DNA of 64,000 nucleotides from Candidatus Sericytochromatia bacterium (GTDB lineage Bacteria; Cyanobacteriota; Sericytochromatia; UBA7694; JACMQJ01): NCBI GenBank assembly GCA_046328015.1, contig JAXLXH010000001.1, positions 3,173,135 to 3,237,134 of the forward strand, read 5' to 3'. Shown piece by piece: positions 58,811 to 64,000 of this stretch (position 1 is its first letter; each line of letters starts with the position of its first letter). The notes under the pieces were generated by a model. It saw only the letters and a program-made list of their open reading frames with translations, ran no database searches and was not told where the DNA came from. The position numbers and the translations under genes were made by a program.

Positions 58811-60124
58811 ATGTCAGGAACTATAACAAATCAAACCATATACACCCGTATGCATAATGGTACATTAAATGCAGGTTTTATTAAATCAGCTTCAGCTCAG
58901 CCATCTATTGTTGCTACGGATCAACAAAATGTAGAAGCTTTTCAAGCCCCAGAACCACCAAAGAAAAAACATAAAGTTGATGTACCTAAATTTCAAGTAG
59001 TTTCTAATGAACAAAGTAGTGCATTTAAGAATTTTAGCTGTTCACCTTCTTTATTAGCTTCAAATGCCTCAATGACTCAGATTCCAATATATACAATGAG
59101 AAATGATAGAACATTACCAACAGCTGTAATTACTAGAGAGCATTTTGGTAAACCATCTGATTATAGAGAAGGTACATACAATATTGGTGGTATAAATTCA
59201 ACAGGAAGTTTTAATCCACTTATAGTAAATGGTGAAAAGATAAAAAGTGGTTTTCATGAAGTTGTTCCTACAAATATTATTGAAGATTTCCATGAAAAAT
59301 ATACTTCTTTATCCAGTAGCTCTTCATCCAGTAGCCCTTCATATAATAAAGATTCATTAGGCATAATTTTATCAGTTTCTAGTTCATTTAGAACAGATAC
59401 AGCTAGAACTATTATGTCAGATCAAAATGGTGAAGTGGCTCTTCATGTTTATTCGGCAGATGATCCTCATTATCATTTTAATCAAGAAAGAGCACACGAT
59501 TTACTTAGAGCTCCGTTAGTTGATATAGCTAAATTAGATCCTTCAACTGAAAAAGGTTTAACTCCAAATTCTGTAGCTTGTGTTATTGGTGCAATTTCTG
59601 TATCTTCAATGGCACCAGGAGAAAGTATTGAAAATGAATTTGTAAAACATCCAAATGATTTACTTAGTATAACAGGAGCTAATAAACCAAGAGATGGAAG
59701 TTCATTTGCTTCTTGGGAAGATAATAGAAATATTGCAAAACAAAGAGTTAATGCTGTTTTTTCTACTTTAAATCCAGATGAACAAGCTTTTGTTAGAAGA
59801 TTTTCAGCTAATTATTTAACCTCTGTAGGACGTTCTATAGATACAAGTCATGAAAGAGCTACTTCTCCAGTACGTGGGGCTAGTGCAATGGGAGCAAAAA
59901 CAAAATGCCAAGCTAGTGCATATTTAAATGCTTCTTCTAGTTCTTTAGGTGCACCATCTGTAGCTTTATCATCAACTTCTTTAGGAAGCCCATCTATTGC
60001 TACATCATCATTTTCTTCTGGTTTAATGCCTGATGCTTTAAGAAACGTTGATGTTTTCCCACCATCATATGCAAAAGATTTAGGTTATTATTTTACGCAA
60101 CCTTTTAGAGCTGCCAAATGGTAA
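58811..60124 (+). CDS. Ser/Ala/Thr-rich hypothetical protein (effector/toxin-like, unassigned)
   Basis: 437 aa, poly-Ser SLSSSSSSSSPS; composition and GC (~35-37% locally) unlike neighbours. Confidence 0.6.
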   Translation: MSGTITNQTIYTRMHNGTLNAGFIKSASAQPSIVATDQQNVEAFQAPEPPKKKHKVDVPKFQVVSNEQSSAFKNFSCSPSLLASNASMTQIPIYTMRNDRTLPTAVITREHFGKPSDYREGTYNIGGINSTGSFNPLIVNGEKIKSGFHEVVPTNIIEDFHEKYTSLSSSSSSSSPSYNKDSLGIILSVSSSFRTDTARTIMSDQNGEVALHVYSADDPHYHFNQERAHDLLRAPLVDIAKLDPSTEKGLTPNSVACVIGAISVSSMAPGESIENEFVKHPNDLLSITGANKPRDGSSFASWEDNRNIAKQRVNAVFSTLNPDEQAFVRRFSANYLTSVGRSIDTSHERATSPVRGASAMGAKTKCQASAYLNASSSSLGAPSVALSSTSLGSPSIATSSFSSGLMPDALRNVDVFPPSYAKDLGYYFTQPFRAAKW

Positions 60125-60262
60125 TTTATTTCAGAACTTAAATCATAATACAGAATTTTTTTCATTTATTGTAAAAACATTAAAAATTTTATCTATTACT
60201 TTTTACGATTTTTTTTAATATCATAGTAAGTAATTAAATTATAAAATAAAAGGTTAATTTTA

Positions 60263-60610
60263 ATGATTGTTCATATTTTAGAAAAAAAAGATTGGGAATA
60301 TGCAAAAAAAGAAAATATTTATAACCCTAAATCATTGGAAATAGAAGGCTTTATTCATTGTTCAAAAGTAGACCAAATAGTAGGTGTTTCTAATCTTCAT
60401 TATAAAAATAAAAAAGATATGCTTATGATTGTTATAAATGAAAATCTACTAATTAATAAAGTATTGTATGAAGATTTATATAATGAAGGTAAATCTTTTC
60501 CGCATATATATGGAACTATTAACATTGATTCTATAATTGAAGTTATTGATTTTCCTTGTAATAATGAAGGCTTTTTTGAATTAACAGAATCGAATTATAA
60601 ATATAAATAA
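60263..60610 (+). CDS. DUF952-like small protein (tentative), 3' end inside duplicated segment
   Basis: EGFIHCSKVDQI and FPHIYGTINIDSIIEV resemble DUF952 from memory; last 19 nt lie in the 60592-60917 duplication. Confidence 0.45.
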   Translation: MIVHILEKKDWEYAKKENIYNPKSLEIEGFIHCSKVDQIVGVSNLHYKNKKDMLMIVINENLLINKVLYEDLYNEGKSFPHIYGTINIDSIIEVIDFPCNNEGFFELTESNYKYK

Positions 60611-60830
60611 ATTCGTTATTATTTATAATAAAATCAGAAAAAGGACCATCATTATCATAAATTTGTTTATAAAAATTACCAATTCTATTTTGATTTATTT
60701 CTAAAAAAATTATCCAATTTAAATAAAAAATAATTATATTATCTTCAATAATATTTATCTTTGAATCTAATTTGCAAATATTATCAAATTTATTATCTAA
60801 ATCAAAAGAATCTATTAATTTATATTTCAT
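60543..60830 (-). pseudogene. truncated duplicate of the P1 5' end
   Basis: First 78 aa identical to P1 except one substitution, then diverges to an early stop. Confidence 0.7.
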
Positions 60831-60917
60831 ATTATCCTTATTAATAAAAAAATTAAAAATTTTATTTCCAAATCATAGTTAATCACCTAAATCATACGTA
60901 AATCATAGTTCAGACTA
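60592..60917. repeat. segmental duplication of 56885-57209 (~325 bp, ~98-99% identical)
   Basis: Direct alignment shows only ~5 mismatches; left junction at gaattataaatataaataaattcg. Confidence 0.85.
60860..60917 (-). promoter_or_regulatory. conserved leader/promoter repeat copy b
   Basis: tttatttccaaatcatagttaatcacctaaatcatacgtaaatcatagttcagact; three AAATCATA[GC]GT units. Confidence 0.55.
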
Positions 60918-60938
60918 TTATTCCTATTATTAATAATA

Positions 60939-61928
60939 TTATAATGAATTAAATCGTTTAATTTCTCTTTCTAAAAAATTATCAAAATCTTCTATATATA
61001 TTTCATAATCTGTTAGATATATTTCATAATTTCTTCTATTATCACTATCTTTCAAAAAATAAGCTATTTTATTGTTTTTCTCGTCATATAGAAAAGTATC
61101 TATATTTTCATTATCTGATAATATATTACCTGTTTCTGTTTCAAAAATCGAAACAAATAAACCAGTACAACTTAAAATTATATATTTACTATCTTTTGTA
61201 AATGACATTTTAAAATTATCATCTGTATACCAATGGTAATCTATAACATATATAAAAGCATTTTTTTCTAAATCATAAACTATTCCTAAACCTTTACAAT
61301 TTAGATCATATCCATAAACAAAAAAAATATATCTTCCATTTGGTGAAAATTTAGCTACATCTAAATATTCTTGCCCATAATTAAAATCAATTAATCGTTT
61401 TTTTTCTTTAAAACTATACAAAAAAGCTTCTTTATTATTTAGAGAAAAAATACCAAATTCTCCATTTGAACTTGCATTTATAAAATTATAATCTATAAAA
61501 AATTTATCTAATAATCTTTCAGTTTCTATATCATAAATTAATATAGTTTTTTTTAATATATTTGTTTTAAGATTTTCTTTATAAGATAAAAAAATAAAAC
61601 ATTTATCTGTTTTCTGAACTACTCTAAATTGAAAAGAAATATCTATAATAATATCTGTTATTTTGAAAAATTTAGGATTACAATTATTATAGGTAAAAAT
61701 ACCAATGCTATTATTTTCTTCATCTATAAGAAATGGCTCTAAATTATCCCAAGTATCATTATAATCAACCTCATAATTAAATTTTAAATACTCATTATCT
61801 TTTATTCTTATAGCTCTATTTTCTTTATTAATAGATATAAAACAATCATTTTTAAATATTATTGGAAAAGCAAATTCTGAAGTTGATAATTTTTGTTTTA
61901 TTATCTGGTTTCTATTTTTGAAGTTCAT
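60939..61928 (-). CDS. paralogous protein P5
   Basis: FSPNGRYIFFV and FTKDSKYIILS blades, ETETGNIL block. Confidence 0.6.
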   Translation of the reverse strand: MNFKNRNQIIKQKLSTSEFAFPIIFKNDCFISINKENRAIRIKDNEYLKFNYEVDYNDTWDNLEPFLIDEENNSIGIFTYNNCNPKFFKITDIIIDISFQFRVVQKTDKCFIFLSYKENLKTNILKKTILIYDIETERLLDKFFIDYNFINASSNGEFGIFSLNNKEAFLYSFKEKKRLIDFNYGQEYLDVAKFSPNGRYIFFVYGYDLNCKGLGIVYDLEKNAFIYVIDYHWYTDDNFKMSFTKDSKYIILSCTGLFVSIFETETGNILSDNENIDTFLYDEKNNKIAYFLKDSDNRRNYEIYLTDYEIYIEDFDNFLEREIKRFNSL

Positions 61929-62229
61929 ATTTACCGTCCTTTAAACTTTCACCTAAATCTTTATAAAGAGAAGTAGCATTTTCTTTAGTTTTTTGACCTA
62001 TGTTACTCTTATGATAAAGATGTATAGTTTTATTTGAAGAAACTGTAATGTTTTTATCAAAATAATTTTTACTATTACCATTAAGAGACCTTCTTATGCT
62101 CTCAAATTTGTCAGTAGCATCATTAAATGGAGCATTTATAAACGTTTCAAATTTATTTTTTATTTTTATATCAAACATTATCTTTTTTCCAATAAATAAA
62201 ATTTTTATTTCCAAATCATAGTTAATCAC
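61912..62229 (-). CDS. small hypothetical protein, first gene of the P5 operon
   Basis: 105-aa ORF overlapping P5 start by 17 nt; preceded by leader repeat copy c. Confidence 0.5.
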   Translation of the reverse strand: MINYDLEIKILFIGKKIMFDIKIKNKFETFINAPFNDATDKFESIRRSLNGNSKNYFDKNITVSSNKTIHLYHKSNIGQKTKENATSLYKDLGESLKDGKYELQK

Positions 62230-62259
62230 CTAAATCATACGTAAATCAAAGTTCAGACT
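62203..62259 (-). promoter_or_regulatory. conserved leader/promoter repeat copy c
   Basis: tttttatttccaaatcatagttaatcacctaaatcatacgtaaatcaaagttcagact. Confidence 0.55.
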
Positions 62260-62355
62260 TTTTTCTATATAAACAACATCATATTTTATATCATTTGATA
62301 TTGTAAAAATTATAAGTACTTTATAAACCCAAAATTATTTAGATAAAAGTAATTT

Positions 62356-63204
62356 TTATAATAATTCCATTTTATTCTGAATTTTCTTTTTAGTAGGATT
62401 GGTATAAAGTAAAGTAGTTTGTATATTAGAATGTCCTGCAATATTAGCCACTTCATGAATTCCAAATCCTTTTTCTAATGCATTAGTGCAAAAAAAGTGC
62501 CTTAAATCATGAGGAGTAATAGTATTATTAGAATATTTCTGAAAAATTCTATTAACAACTGTTCTATTTAGTTTATCTGATTTATTAGAAGAAAAAAGAT
62601 AAATAGAATTTTTTTTATTAGTTTTAAGATATTTTTCTAAAATATTTAGTACTTTTTCATTAAAAAAAACTGTTCTTTGTTTTCCTCCTTTTCCAGAACG
62701 AATAACACATTCTCTTGTATCTAAATTAAAATCGGTATATCTAATATTAAGAGCTTCAGAAATCCTTAAACCTGTATATTTTAAAATATTTATAAGTAAA
62801 ACATTTCTAAGATTTCCAGAATTTATAATTTTTTCTTCAAAAAGATCAATATCTTCTTTATGAATATTTGTAGGAGAAGCAAATTGAGTTTGAATTTTAA
62901 TGTTCATTTTATTAGTAATAACAAAATTAGGTTGGTAGTTTTGCTCTAATAAAAAAGAATTAAAATATTTTAAAGTAATAAGATAATGATTTATTGTTTT
63001 AGCATTTCTATTTAAATCATTAGCTAAATATGATTTAAAATTAGTTACATGCTCTTTTTTTAATTCATTAAAATTTTCTTGATAAGTTTTTTGATACCAT
63101 CTAAAAAAAATATTGATATTATACAAATAACTTTTTATAGTATTTTTTGATTTATCATCTGAAAGTAAAAAAATTTTGAAATCATTTAAGATTTTTTCTG
63201 ACAT
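62356..63204 (-). CDS. tyrosine site-specific recombinase/integrase (XerC/D-like)
   Basis: Catalytic block TPHDLRHFFCTNALEKGFGIHEVANIAGHSNIQTTLLYT and upstream RISEALNIRYTDF Arg block. Confidence 0.8.
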   Translation of the reverse strand: MSEKILNDFKIFLLSDDKSKNTIKSYLYNINIFFRWYQKTYQENFNELKKEHVTNFKSYLANDLNRNAKTINHYLITLKYFNSFLLEQNYQPNFVITNKMNIKIQTQFASPTNIHKEDIDLFEEKIINSGNLRNVLLINILKYTGLRISEALNIRYTDFNLDTRECVIRSGKGGKQRTVFFNEKVLNILEKYLKTNKKNSIYLFSSNKSDKLNRTVVNRIFQKYSNNTITPHDLRHFFCTNALEKGFGIHEVANIAGHSNIQTTLLYTNPTKKKIQNKMELL

Positions 63205-63596
63205 AAAAATACTCTTTTTTTCTAAATAAACTGACGCTATTATAACAGGGTTTCAGACATAATGCAACATAAGTAACCTTATGTTGTATTTTAAATAAGC
63301 TAATTTCTAATAAAAAAATAGACCTTTATATTTTAGCTCTAAGCAATTTATTTTGTTATTTAATGTATTTAATCTAAAATTATAAAAAATAACTTTATAA
63401 GCAATTTATTAAAGGAATTAAACTTTAGATTATTTTATATCAACTTAATTTAATTTGATTGATTCATAAGAAAATTTGTTTTATAATTTACCATCTATTT
63501 TTATAAAATTAAAAGAAAATAAATAATAAAAGTACAAATTTATTGAAAACTTCTTTTTAATAAGTAATTATAGCTTTTAATTTTTTATAGGTAAAA

Positions 63597-64000
63597 ATGA
63601 TAAAAAAAAGATTTAGTTTAATATGTATTATTTTAGTTACATTTCAAATGTATGCTTTTGCTTTAAATAGTAAAATAGTTAGTAATAAAGATAAAAATGA
63701 TTTTTATACTAAATTATTTTCAAACGAAAATTTAAAATGTAATTTTGAAGATGAATACTCTGTAAAATTCAATAATACTAAAATATGTGGCATGTTTATT
63801 AATTTAGATTTTATAGAAGAATTAGTAAAAGCTGTATTAAATAAAAAAGAATCAAATTTAACTTATTCATCTTTAGAAGAACTTTCTGGATTAAAAGTCC
63901 TAACAAAACCTTATGATAAAAATGAAGGAATAAATTATTATAATCAAGATATGGTTGTATGGTTTTTTAATAATTTTTATATAAAACCAAATAATATTTT
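63597..64000 (+). CDS. secreted hypothetical protein, N-terminal part (continues beyond right edge)
   Basis: ATG at 63597; MIKKRFSLICIILVTFQMYAFA signal peptide; open to window end. Confidence 0.5.
   Translation, partial: MIKKRFSLICIILVTFQMYAFALNSKIVSNKDKNDFYTKLFSNENLKCNFEDEYSVKFNNTKICGMFINLDFIEELVKAVLNKKESNLTYSSLEELSGLKVLTKPYDKNEGINYYNQDMVVWFFNNFYIKPNNI

Noticed and set aside
60860-62259. Leader peptide (M-I-W-K) encoded in the conserved leader repeat
   Set aside because: AGGTGA-N7-ATG ATT TGG AAA TAA exists in copies b and c, but copy a reads ATG ATT TGA, so the peptide is not conserved; the DNA motif is more likely the functional unit.
48600-63300. Prophage
   Set aside because: A tyrosine recombinase is present but no capsid, terminase, tail or lysis genes were recognised, so it is treated as a generic accessory island.
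1-64000. CRISPR array
   Set aside because: No regularly spaced direct repeats with unique spacers; the repeat families are dispersed single copies or palindromes.

Overview
64-kb window of a very AT-rich bacterial chromosome (roughly 20-30% GC by eye), densely coding on both strands. All calls come from reading the sequence and ORF translations; no database search was run. Recognisable housekeeping genes: proS, miaA, tRNA-Leu(UAG), rplS, a 3-hydroxyacyl-CoA dehydrogenase, an APC permease, an MFS transporter, GH15 glucoamylase, M20 peptidase. Accessory content: an SNF2-family helicase coupled to an unknown partner at the left edge; a thiopurine methyltransferase next to an unusual TerD-HNH nuclease fusion; an IS4-like element with a frameshifted transposase; a degraded transposase; and three families of intergenic palindromic repeats. 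The most striking region is 48.6-63.3 kb: an island-like block bounded by a tyrosine recombinase, carrying a class D beta-lactamase homologue, a tightly coupled operon of four paralogous Asn/Ile/Tyr-rich proteins plus a fifth copy and a truncated duplicate, each operon preceded by a conserved iteron-like leader, and two copies of a small-helical-protein plus Ser/Thr-rich-protein module with atypical composition. No CRISPR array, rRNA or prophage structural genes were seen. Organism not assigned.
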